Assembly: GCA_963833225.1 (NCBI GenBank)
Contig: CAWHXD010000004.1
Location: 1-11,653 of the forward strand
Source: an uncultured Chloroflexia bacterium
GTDB taxonomy: Bacteria > Chloroflexota > Limnocylindria > Limnocylindrales > CSP1-4
DNA: 11,653 bases
Direction of reading: 5' to 3'
The position numbers were made by a program, and so were the translations under genes. A model generated the notes under the pieces. The model was not told where the DNA came from and ran no database searches. It was given only the letters and a program-made list of their open reading frames with translations. Positions 1 to 8,425 of the stretch are shown here, piece after piece (position 1 is the first letter of the stretch; each line of letters begins with the position of its first letter).

Positions 1-91
1 TGGCCTCGTCGAGGTCCGGGAGGGTCATGGCCGCCTGCGCGACCGCCTCGGGATCAGCGTGCATTACGGACTCGGGATCGACGTGCATCAC
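1..91 (-). CDS. 5' end of an unidentified gene running off the left edge (MMHVDPESVMHADPEAVAQAAMTLPDLDEA...)
   Basis: Minus-strand frame open to the window edge with in-frame GTG (91) and ATGs (88, 64, 28). TACGAT lies 7 nt upstream of the GTG. Too short to assign a product; the true start is uncertain. Confidence 0.5.
   Translation of the reverse strand, partial: MMHVDPESVMHADPEAVAQAAMTLPDLDEA
41..88. repeat. 24-bp imperfect tandem duplication (MHVDPESV / MHADPEAV)
   Basis: gaccgcctcgggatcagcgtgcat (41-64) vs tacggactcgggatcgacgtgcat (65-88), 19/24 identical. Confidence 0.8.
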
Positions 92-98
92 AGGCCCG

Positions 99-104
99 AT
101 CGTA
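99..104 (-). promoter_or_regulatory. Putative -10 box (TACGAT) for a leaderless transcript starting at GTG 91
   Basis: Minus strand reads TACGAT-cgggcct-GTG ATG: TANNNT, 7 nt, then a start codon, with no SD sequence. Confidence 0.5.
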
Positions 105-122
105 TCCACATTCGCCCGCCTG

Positions 123-258
123 CCGCCCCGCCGTCCATCGCGACGCTCCCAGCCCTTGCATCCGGGCCGCCATCCAGTCCGACGCTCCCAGCCCTTGCAT
201 CCGCCCCACCGTCCATCGCGACGCTCCCAGCCCTTGCATCCGGGCCGCCATCCAGTCC
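123..258. repeat. 39-bp-period tandem array with a 78-bp higher-order unit (about 3.5 units)
   Basis: Invariant 23-mer CGACGCTCCCAGCCCTTGCATCC at 141, 180 and 219, with alternating 16-mers GCCCC(G/A)CCGTCCATCG (125, 203) and GGGCCGCCATCCAGTC (164, 242). Confidence 0.95.
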
Positions 259-485
259 AAGTACGAGTCTGGGGCACCGACGCGCAGGGCTGCCGCGCTC
301 TCTGAGCGCGCCGCTAGCCAATTACGGCTACCCGATGTGTTTGCCGGATCCAATCGGGCCGGGCGGAGGGCGTCGTGCCTGGCTCGTGCGGTCGACCAGT
401 CGTGCGCTGACTGGCCGACGGAATCGGACGGCGGCAGACCGCAACAGCCGATCGAGGACGGACGGATGACACGGATGGAGCGAGG

Positions 486-515
486 CGCGCGAGGATCGTG
501 AACGCGCGAGGATCG
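486..515. repeat. 13-bp direct repeat upstream of the HTH-nuclease gene (possible operator)
   Basis: CGCGCGAGGATCG at 486-498 and 503-515, 40-70 bp before ATG 556. The operator role is inference. Confidence 0.6.
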
Positions 516-555
516 CGTAAGGGGCAGGTGAGGACCGCGGTGCAGAGTCGACCGA

Positions 556-1254
556 ATGGATCCCGTGCGGTTCGGTCTCGGCATCCGTGCCCTGCGGCGG
601 CGTCGGCGGTGGACGCAGACCGAGCTCGCGGTCAGGGCAGGCATGTCCCAGGCAGCAGTATCTCGCGCAGAGCGTGGCGACGCCGCGCGGCTCACCGTCC
701 GCACCCTGGACAGGATTGCAGCGGCCACGGGCGCGAGGGTGTCGGTGCGGTTGCTCTGGCACGGTGAGGCTCTCGATCGGTTGCTGGACGCGGCCCACGC
801 CGACCTCGTCGAGCAGATGGTCGCGATGCTCGTGGATCGTGGCTGGCAGGTCGTGCCGGAGGCAACCTTCAGCCACTACGGGGAGCGCGGCTCGATTGAC
901 GTGCTGTCCTGGCATCCGCAGCGCGGAGCGCTGTTGATCGTCGAGGTCAAGTCGGTCGTGCCCGACGTGCAGGCGATGCTCGCCGGCGTCGACCGCAAGC
1001 AGCGTCTCGGGCCTCGCATCGCGGTGGAGCGGGGTTGGAAGGCAGACACCGTGTCGCGGCTGATCGTGCTGGCCGATTCTCGGACGGCGAGACGCCACAT
1101 CGAGACGCATCGTGCCACCTTCGATCTCGCCTACCCGGCGAGGACGCGAGCCGTGCGGCGGTGGCTCGCGGCGCCCAACGGCACGCTCGCCGGGATCCTG
1201 TTTCTGCCATCTGGTCCAAGCACGACTGCGAGACGCCGTGTCTCGGGCGATTGA
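556..1254 (+). CDS. XRE-family HTH domain fused to a PD-(D/E)XK-like endonuclease domain, 232 aa
   Basis: N-terminal IRALRRRRRWTQTELAVRAGMSQAAVSRAERG is a typical HTH_3/XRE pattern. The C-terminal GWQVVPE(102)...GSID(115)VL...LLIVE(130)VK(132) matches the E..D..ExK catalytic arrangement of restriction-endonuclease-like folds. Confidence 0.85.
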   Translation: MDPVRFGLGIRALRRRRRWTQTELAVRAGMSQAAVSRAERGDAARLTVRTLDRIAAATGARVSVRLLWHGEALDRLLDAAHADLVEQMVAMLVDRGWQVVPEATFSHYGERGSIDVLSWHPQRGALLIVEVKSVVPDVQAMLAGVDRKQRLGPRIAVERGWKADTVSRLIVLADSRTARRHIETHRATFDLAYPARTRAVRRWLAAPNGTLAGILFLPSGPSTTARRRVSGD

Positions 1255-1365
1255 CCCTCGCGTCGAGGCCTTTGCACGCGGGCTGTTGCCATGTAGTCAC
1301 CAGGCAGCGTGTCTGCGGGTTGTCAGGCGAGAGGGCGGCGACGAACACACGTGCTTTGACTGAAT

Positions 1366-1417
1366 GGCGAGACGGGCGAGACGGGCGAGACGGGCGGGCG
1401 AGACGGGCGAGACGGGC
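1366..1417. repeat. 9-bp tandem repeat (GGCGAGACG x5 with a 4-bp GGCG interruption)
   Basis: Copies at 1366, 1375, 1384, 1397 and 1406; the array abuts the permease TAG stop at 1417-1419. Confidence 0.95.
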
Positions 1418-2226
1418 TACCTGAGCAGCAGGCGGTCGAGCCGGCGCGCGACGACGGCCAGACCCGCGACGCCCATCACCGAGAGATATGCCACGTGCCA
1501 CAGGATCCCGAGATCCACCGCCCCGGTCACCAGCGCGCGGATCAGGTCCACGCCCTGGTACAGGGGCGTGAGCTGGACGAACACCCGGAAGGCCTCCGGG
1601 TAGGCGGTGATCGGGTAGAACGTCCCGCTGAACAGGAACAGGGGCAGCACGACCAGCTGGATCAGGTCGAAGTCCTGCCACGAGCGCATGAACGTGGTGC
1701 AGGCCATCCCGACCGCTGCGAACGCGAACGCGAGCAGCGTGGCCGCCGGGGCGGCCAGCACGACCCATGGCGACCGGACGAGCCCCAGCAGAGAGATCAC
1801 GGCAACGAACCCGATCGCGTACAGCGTCGCCCTGATGACCGCCCATCCGATCTCGCCCAGGGCCACGTCGCCGGAACCGAGCGGCGTCGCCAGGACCGCG
1901 TCGTAGGTCTTCTGGTAGTTGAGCTTGAAGAACACATTGAACGTCGATTCGGCGATCGCGCCGTTCATTGCCGCGGTCGCGAGCAGCGCCGGCGCGACGA
2001 ACAGCGGATACGGGATCGGCGCCCCGTCCGGGCCCTGGACGTCGCCCACGATGCCGCCGATGCCGAGCCCGATCGAGAGCAGGTAGAACAGCGGCTCGAA
2101 GAAGCCCGACAGAAGCACCAGCCAGCCACGCCGGTAGACGTAGGCGTTGCGCTCGATGAGCAGCATCGCCCGCCGGCTGCCGAGGCCGATCGGCAGCACC
2201 CGGGGGATCGTGGACAGCACCGTCAT
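1417..2226 (-). CDS. ABC-2 type exporter permease (NodJ-like), 269 aa
   Basis: Multiple hydrophobic helices; EPLFYLLSIGLGIG, FVAPALLATAAM, YDAVLATPL and PLFLFSGTFYP motifs. Start moved to ATG 2226 (MTVLST), which overlaps the upstream TGA as ATGA. Confidence 0.92.
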   Translation of the reverse strand: MTVLSTIPRVLPIGLGSRRAMLLIERNAYVYRRGWLVLLSGFFEPLFYLLSIGLGIGGIVGDVQGPDGAPIPYPLFVAPALLATAAMNGAIAESTFNVFFKLNYQKTYDAVLATPLGSGDVALGEIGWAVIRATLYAIGFVAVISLLGLVRSPWVVLAAPAATLLAFAFAAVGMACTTFMRSWQDFDLIQLVVLPLFLFSGTFYPITAYPEAFRVFVQLTPLYQGVDLIRALVTGAVDLGILWHVAYLSVMGVAGLAVVARRLDRLLLR

Positions 2227-3077
2227 CGCTGGAGCTGCCTTCGGTACATCACGAACATCGCGATCGTGCCGCCGACCGCCGCCGCACCCAGGATGACGAC
2301 GTGGGCGAGCATGACCAGCGGCTGGTCGCCGATCGTGCCCAGCGACAGGGCGCGGGCCAGGTCCACGCCGTGCCACAGCGGCAGCAGCCATGCGATCCAG
2401 CGGATCTGCTCGGGCAGCTGCTCGATCGGGAAGAAGGTGCCGCTGAACAGGAACAGGGGCGTGATCCCGAACCGCCAGATCGAGTTGAACACGGCCGTGT
2501 CGCGCTGCGTCGACATGAGGGCCGCGATGGGTGCCGCGAAGGCGACTGCGGTCAGGGTGCCAACGGGGATGGCGAGCAGGATGCCGGCGGTCCGCGCCGC
2601 CCCGAACCCGATGACGACGAGGGTGAAGATCGATCCGACGAGCGTCGCCCTGGTGATGATCCAGGCGAGCTGGCCGAACGCGATCGCGTACGGCGTCAGC
2701 GGGGCCGCGTACATCGCGTGGTAGCGCTTGATCCAGTGGAAGCCCGCGAGCACCGGGAAGGTCGCCTCGAACACCGAGCCCTGCATCACCGTCGACGCCA
2801 GCAGTGCCGGCGCGAGGAACTGGAGGTACGGCACGCCGCCCATCGCCGAGCTGCCCGCCCGGTCCACGAACGAGCCAAGCCCGACGCCCATCGCCAGCAG
2901 GAACAGCACGGGCTGCGCGAAGTTGCCGAAGATCGACCCGCGCCAGGTCCGCCGGTACAGCAGCAGCTGGTGCTCGTACGCCGCCCGGGCACCATCGAGC
3001 GCGTGCCGGCGCGGGACGTCCGGGCCGGTCAGGTGCCGGCCCGATCGGGGCGGCCGGAAGGCCTCGGCGACGGCCAT
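2223..3077 (-). CDS. ABC-2 type exporter permease (NodJ-like), 284 aa
   Basis: QPVLFLLAMGVGLG, YLQFLAPALLA and PLFLFSGTFFP motifs; paralogous to the adjacent permease. ATG at 3077. Confidence 0.92.
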   Translation of the reverse strand: MAVAEAFRPPRSGRHLTGPDVPRRHALDGARAAYEHQLLLYRRTWRGSIFGNFAQPVLFLLAMGVGLGSFVDRAGSSAMGGVPYLQFLAPALLASTVMQGSVFEATFPVLAGFHWIKRYHAMYAAPLTPYAIAFGQLAWIITRATLVGSIFTLVVIGFGAARTAGILLAIPVGTLTAVAFAAPIAALMSTQRDTAVFNSIWRFGITPLFLFSGTFFPIEQLPEQIRWIAWLLPLWHGVDLARALSLGTIGDQPLVMLAHVVILGAAAVGGTIAMFVMYRRQLQR

Positions 3078-3099
3078 CAATCGGCCTCAGTGGCGGCCA

Positions 3100-3100
<1 letters not shown>
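3077..3100 (-). other. 7-codon mini-ORF MAATEAD* bridging the ATPase stop and the permease start
   Basis: Minus strand GAC-TGATG GCC GCC ACT GAG GCC GAT TGATG: TGATG overlaps at both ends. Translation is unproven. Confidence 0.5.
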
Positions 3101-4104
<1,004 letters not shown>

Positions 4105-4119
4105 GAACCTCGTCGCCGG

Positions 4120-5454
4120 TCAGCCTTCAGCGCGCGGCGTATCGCCCGAGGGCGACGCATCGCCGGCGGGCGGCGTATCGCCCGCGTGAACGATGTATCC
4201 GAACTGGCGCCACAGGATCGTCACCAGCAGCGCCGAACCCACGAACCCGAACCAGAACGGAGCCGTGATCCCGAACGTCCGCGCCAGCAGCCCGCCGATT
4301 GGGGTCCCGACCGCGATCCCGGCCACGAGCCCGACCGAGTACACGCCGCTCACCCGGCCAAGCAGCGCGTCGGGGACGGCCCGCTGGCGGACGACCGTCG
4401 CCGTCGTGTTCCACACGAACGCGTGTGCGCCGAACACGACCATGATCGCCAGGGCCACCGCGGGCACGGTGGTCAGCGCGAGGCACAGGTGGGTGCCGGT
4501 CTCGATCAGCAACCCGACACGCATGATGTCGGCGAGCGAGAACCGCCGCTCCAGGCGGCCGTACGATGCCGTGCCGATCACCCCACCGACGGCCATCGCG
4601 GTCGTCAGCAACCCGAAGCCCACGGCATTCATGCCCAGCTGCTCCTGCGCGTATAGCACCAGCACCGACCACGCCGCGCCGAACGTGACGTTGAACGCGA
4701 GGATCGTGAGCGCCAGGGTGCGCATCGGCGGGTTCCCGATCAACCACCGAACGCCCTCGACCATGTCGGTGCGCAGGCTCGCTCTCGGCTGCTCCGTCTC
4801 TTCGACTGCCAGCTGGCTGGTGGCGATCCGCGACACGAGGACGGCGCCCAGCGCGAAGCAGATGGCGTCGGTCGTGAACGGCAGGGCCATGCCTGCCGCG
4901 AACAGGAAAGCGCCGATCGGCGGGGCCACCAGCTGGTTGGCAAGCACGAACGCCCCCTGGATCCGCGCGTTGGCGACGCCCAGACGCTCGCGAGGCACGA
5001 GTCGGGGGATGAGGCTCGTGCTGCCGACATCCGCGAACGTCTCCAGCGTTCCCAGGATGAACAGGACCACAAGCACGAGCGCGATGCTGACCGTCCCACT
5101 GACGATCGTGCCCGCGAAAGCGACCATCAGCAGCGCCCGGCCGAGATTGACGGCCCGAATGATCCGTTGCCGATCAAAGCGATCGGCAACGGCCCCGGCC
5201 ATGAACCCGAACACGAGGACCGCCAGGTACTCGCTGAGGAGCGCCATCGACACCAGCAGCGGGTCCCGCGTCAGCGACGCGACCAGCAGCGGCCCCGCGG
5301 CGAGCGTCAGCCCATCACCCGCGTTGGTGATGACCGCCTGGCTGAGCAGCAAACGGAAGTCGCCGCCAAGGTCGGCGGGTGAGATCGCCTCGATGGCGCG
5401 AGTGAGCGGCGAGCGCAGGCAGCCTCGCGTACCGCGTGTCACAGGTGAACCCAC
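4120..5454 (-). CDS. MFS transporter (MFS_3/DHA3-like efflux family)
   Basis: About 12 hydrophobic segments, motif A-like GAVADRFDRQR and C-terminal RQRAVPDALLGRV. The ORF-track start at 5730 overlaps menG; GTG 5454 (or 5442) is more likely. Confidence 0.9.
   Translation of the reverse strand: MGSPVTRGTRGCLRSPLTRAIEAISPADLGGDFRLLLSQAVITNAGDGLTLAAGPLLVASLTRDPLLVSMALLSEYLAVLVFGFMAGAVADRFDRQRIIRAVNLGRALLMVAFAGTIVSGTVSIALVLVVLFILGTLETFADVGSTSLIPRLVPRERLGVANARIQGAFVLANQLVAPPIGAFLFAAGMALPFTTDAICFALGAVLVSRIATSQLAVEETEQPRASLRTDMVEGVRWLIGNPPMRTLALTILAFNVTFGAAWSVLVLYAQEQLGMNAVGFGLLTTAMAVGGVIGTASYGRLERRFSLADIMRVGLLIETGTHLCLALTTVPAVALAIMVVFGAHAFVWNTTATVVRQRAVPDALLGRVSGVYSVGLVAGIAVGTPIGGLLARTFGITAPFWFGFVGSALLVTILWRQFGYIVHAGDTPPAGDASPSGDTPRAEG
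4134..4184. repeat. 18-bp-period repeat x3 encoding the MFS C-terminal tail (GDTPPAGDASPSGDTPR)
   Basis: gcggcgtatcgcccg at 4134 and 4170, with variant gcgacgcatcgccgg at 4152. Confidence 0.85.
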
Positions 5455-5461
5455 GCGGAGC

Positions 5462-5467
5462 AGGGTA
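5462..5467 (-). promoter_or_regulatory. Putative -10 box (TACCCT) for a leaderless MFS transcript
   Basis: Minus strand reads TACCCT-gctccgc-GTG(5454), in frame with the MFS ORF. Confidence 0.4.
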
Positions 5468-5474
5468 CCCGCGC

Positions 5475-6254
5475 TCAGCGCCCCGGAACGGTCCCCTCGT
5501 GCAGGGTCACGATCCCGCCGGTCAGGCCTTGCCAGCTCACATCGATCAGCCCGGCCTCGGCCATGATCTCCGCGATCCGCTCCGGGGAAGGGTAGGCCTG
5601 GACGCTGCGTACAAGGTACCCATAGGCGCTCCCCTGCCCTGCGACCCGTCCCAGCAGGGGCACGATCCGGTCGAACCACCAGCGCATGAACCGGGCGAGC
5701 CGGCTCCGCGGCCGCGCGATCTCGAGGCACAGCACTCGACCGCCGGGTCGCACCGACCGTGCCATCTCCTCGAAACCGCGCCGGTAGTCGGGCAGGTTGC
5801 GCATCCCGAACGCGATCGTCGCGGCATCGAACGTGGCGTCCTCGGTCGGCAGCACCAGTGCGTCACCAACCACGAACTCGAGGCGGTGGCGGCCTGCGAA
5901 GCGCCGTCGCGCGATCCCAATCATCCCGGGCGAGATGTCCACGCCCAGGACCCGGCCGCCCGGCCGCACCCGGTGATGCAGGTCTGCGGCCACCTTGCCC
6001 GTTCCCGAGGCGACATCGAGGGCGGATCCGCCTGGCTCGAGCCTGGCGCCCTCCACGAGTCGTCGCCTCCAGCGAGGCTCCTGGAACGCGCTGATGACCA
6101 GGTTCATCGGGTCGTAGACACGGGCGATGCGATCGAACATCGCCCGGACCTCGGTGGTCGCGGCGGCGTTGCCCGAACCGGTCGATGCGCCCGAGGGCGT
6201 AGCGCCCGAGGGGGTGGCGCCCGAGGGCGTGGTGTCGGGATCCGGGGCGCTCAT
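5475..6254 (-). CDS. menG: Demethylmenaquinone methyltransferase (MenG/UbiE), 259 aa
   Basis: VRAMFDRIARVYDPMN, SAM motif LDVASGTG, GVDISPGMI, IAFGMRN and AYGYLVRSV motifs; men cluster context. ATG 6254 overlaps the menE stop as ATGA. Confidence 0.93.
   Translation of the reverse strand: MSAPDPDTTPSGATPSGATPSGASTGSGNAAATTEVRAMFDRIARVYDPMNLVISAFQEPRWRRRLVEGARLEPGGSALDVASGTGKVAADLHHRVRPGGRVLGVDISPGMIGIARRRFAGRHRLEFVVGDALVLPTEDATFDAATIAFGMRNLPDYRRGFEEMARSVRPGGRVLCLEIARPRSRLARFMRWWFDRIVPLLGRVAGQGSAYGYLVRSVQAYPSPERIAEIMAEAGLIDVSWQGLTGGIVTLHEGTVPGR
6187..6231. repeat. 15-bp repeat x3 encoding TPSGA repeats at the MenG N-terminus
   Basis: gcgcccgagggcgta / gcgcccgagggggtg / gcgcccgagggcgtg. Confidence 0.9.
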
Positions 6255-8425
6255 GATCGGGCCTCCAGGCACTGCAGGACGGCGGCACCGACCCGGACGG
6301 GCTCGGTGATGGGTGAGGCATGGCTGAGGTCGTCGAGATGGACGCGCCGGGCGTCGGGGACACGCGCGGACAGCGTGCATGCAATGGCGCCATAGAACGG
6401 ATCGCTCGCGCCGCCGGTCAGGATCGTCGTGGGCGCCGTGATCCGGGACATGCCGTCCGCGTCGAGGCCCAGCAGCGTCGCGTCCGCGAGGGCGGCGTCG
6501 CCCTGGTCAGCCAGGAACGCCCGGCCACGTTCAGACAGTCGCTCCCAGGCGGCGTCCCCGGCCACTCCCCTGAGGAACGTCTCGGCGGCCGCGGGGGCGC
6601 CACCCGAGCGGTGTGCCGCAGCGGTCGCCGCGGCAAGGACGGCGAGCTGTTGCCGGGTCGGCGCATCGGCCAGCGGGCCGTACGGCGGTTCCCAGGCGAC
6701 GATCGACGTCACCCGCTCCGGGTGGCGAGCCGCGGTCTCGAGGGCAAGGACGCCGCCGTAGCTCAGACCCACCAGCGTGGCCGCGCCGATGCCCAGGTGG
6801 TCGAGCACCGCGACGAGATCAGCGACGTGGACGCGGACGTCGATCGGGCCCAGGACCGCGACCCGACTCGTGCCGGTTGCCCGGCGGTCGACGGCGTGGA
6901 CCGTGAACGCGCCCGGCCTCGCGAGCTCCGCCGCCAGCCGGTCGATCTGGGCGGCGGTGGACAGGGTGCCGTGGAGCAGGACCAGAGACGCCGGGCCCGT
7001 GCCCGTGGACCGCCATCCGATCCGGGTGCCGTCCGGCCGGCTCAGCGCGCCGGCAACCGGGCGATCGAGCATCTCGCGAACCGCCGAGCGCCGGAGCTTG
7101 CCGCCGCCGGTGCGGGGCAGCGATGCCACCCGCACGAACGTGCCCGGGACCTTGAACCCGGCGAGCGACGCGCGGCAGTGCGCCGCCAACGCCGGAGCAC
7201 CGGGGTGAGCGATCCCCTGCCGGAGGACGATGACCGCGACGGGCACCTGACCCCACAGCGGATCCGGCCGTGCCACGACCGCGGCCTCGGCGATCGCCGG
7301 ATGCACCTCAAGGACCGCCTCCACCTCGGGAGGCGAGATGTTCTCGCCACCGCGGACGATCCGATCGGTGCGGCGATCGCCGACGAACAACCGTCCAGTC
7401 TCGTCGAGCCGTCCGAGGTCACCGGTTCGGATCGGCGTGCCGGCGGCACGAGGCGACTCGCCGAGGTAGCCGTCGAACGCCCCGGGCGTGGCGACGATGA
7501 TCTCGCCCACACCGTCCTCGCCGAGCTCGTCGATCGAGACGCTGACGCCGGGGAGCGGCCGGCCCGCGCTGGCCGGCGTGTCACGGGCATCGTCGGTCGG
7601 CAGCGCCGTCACGCCCGAGCCCGCCTCGCTCAGGCCGTACGTGGGAACCACCGGCCAGCCCGCCGAGACGGCGCGGGTGACGAGCTCGGGGCCGATCAGC
7701 CCGCCTCCCAGCGGGACGGCCAGCAGCGAGGCCGGGGGCGGCATGTCGCGTGCTCGATCGAGGATCCGTACGAGCTGGGTCGGGACGAGCGACATGTGGC
7801 TCGCAGGCGGCTCGGCCGCGAGCGCCGTCAACACTGCGCCGGGCTCCGGTTCTGGCACGATCCGAACCGGCACCCGCGCGGCGACCGCGCGCCAGATGAT
7901 GCCCAGTCCTGCGACGTGTCCGAGCCCTAGCGCGAGCAGCCAGCCGGAGGCCGGTGGCAGCGCCGCGATCCAGGCGCTCGCGCTGGCCGCCATCGCCGCC
8001 TCCGAGAGCACCACGCCCTTCGGTCGCCCCGTGGTTCCCGACGTCAGTACGACGACAGCCGCTCCCGGCCGGGTTCGGCCGGCGTGCGCGGTCCGGTCGA
8101 CGCCGAGCTCGAGGACCGGGCTCAGCACGTCCATCGCCGACGCGCGCTCGGTCGCCGTGATCCGGTCCGGCACCGGTGCCGCCACGGCCCCCGATCGCAC
8201 CGTGCCCAGCAGTCGCACGATCGCGTCGATCGAGGGTTGGGCCGTCATCGCCACCAGGTCACCGGGTCCCACACCGGCCTCGGCCAGGCTGCTGGCCACG
8301 AGGTCGCAGCGCCGATCGAGGTCCGCCCAGGTGACGGTGGTGCCACCCTCGATCAGGGCCGGCTCTGCGCCCGCGACGGCGGCATGCCTCCGGACCAGAT
8401 CAGCCGCCGACCGCGCGGCAGTCAC
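6251..8425 (-). CDS. menE: o-succinylbenzoate-CoA ligase (MenE) fused to a C-terminal alpha/beta-hydrolase domain, 724 aa
   Basis: ANL motifs LTSGTTGRPKG, TYGLSE, RTGDLG, GGENISPPEVE and LPRTGGGKL, followed without a stop by LLHGT, GLSYGG, GGASDP and LSHASP. Start GTG 8425 follows GGTGGTGA. Confidence 0.88.
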   Translation of the reverse strand: MTAARSAADLVRRHAAVAGAEPALIEGGTTVTWADLDRRCDLVASSLAEAGVGPGDLVAMTAQPSIDAIVRLLGTVRSGAVAAPVPDRITATERASAMDVLSPVLELGVDRTAHAGRTRPGAAVVVLTSGTTGRPKGVVLSEAAMAASASAWIAALPPASGWLLALGLGHVAGLGIIWRAVAARVPVRIVPEPEPGAVLTALAAEPPASHMSLVPTQLVRILDRARDMPPPASLLAVPLGGGLIGPELVTRAVSAGWPVVPTYGLSEAGSGVTALPTDDARDTPASAGRPLPGVSVSIDELGEDGVGEIIVATPGAFDGYLGESPRAAGTPIRTGDLGRLDETGRLFVGDRRTDRIVRGGENISPPEVEAVLEVHPAIAEAAVVARPDPLWGQVPVAVIVLRQGIAHPGAPALAAHCRASLAGFKVPGTFVRVASLPRTGGGKLRRSAVREMLDRPVAGALSRPDGTRIGWRSTGTGPASLVLLHGTLSTAAQIDRLAAELARPGAFTVHAVDRRATGTSRVAVLGPIDVRVHVADLVAVLDHLGIGAATLVGLSYGGVLALETAARHPERVTSIVAWEPPYGPLADAPTRQQLAVLAAATAAAHRSGGAPAAAETFLRGVAGDAAWERLSERGRAFLADQGDAALADATLLGLDADGMSRITAPTTILTGGASDPFYGAIACTLSARVPDARRVHLDDLSHASPITEPVRVGAAVLQCLEARS

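Noticed and set aside
123-258. CRISPR array
   Set aside because: The linkers are only 16 bp and recur (A, B, A', B), and no cas gene is in the window. It is a higher-order tandem repeat.
27-469. ORFs 27-305, 59-469 and 88-321 with 13-aa repeats
   Set aside because: They stay open because the repeat period is a multiple of 3 in GC-rich DNA. They have no recognisable domain and conflict with the left gene and its promoter.
1229-1268. Intrinsic terminator after the nuclease gene
   Set aside because: The stems CGAGAC/GTCTCG and CCTCG/CGAGG are only 5-6 bp with at most a TTT tail, too weak to call.
261-1365. Insertion sequence with terminal inverted repeats around the nuclease gene
   Set aside because: No transposase motifs, only a weak gapped match (cgcag..gctgcc near 283-294 vs ggcagc..ctgcg near 1303-1317) and no target-site duplication found.
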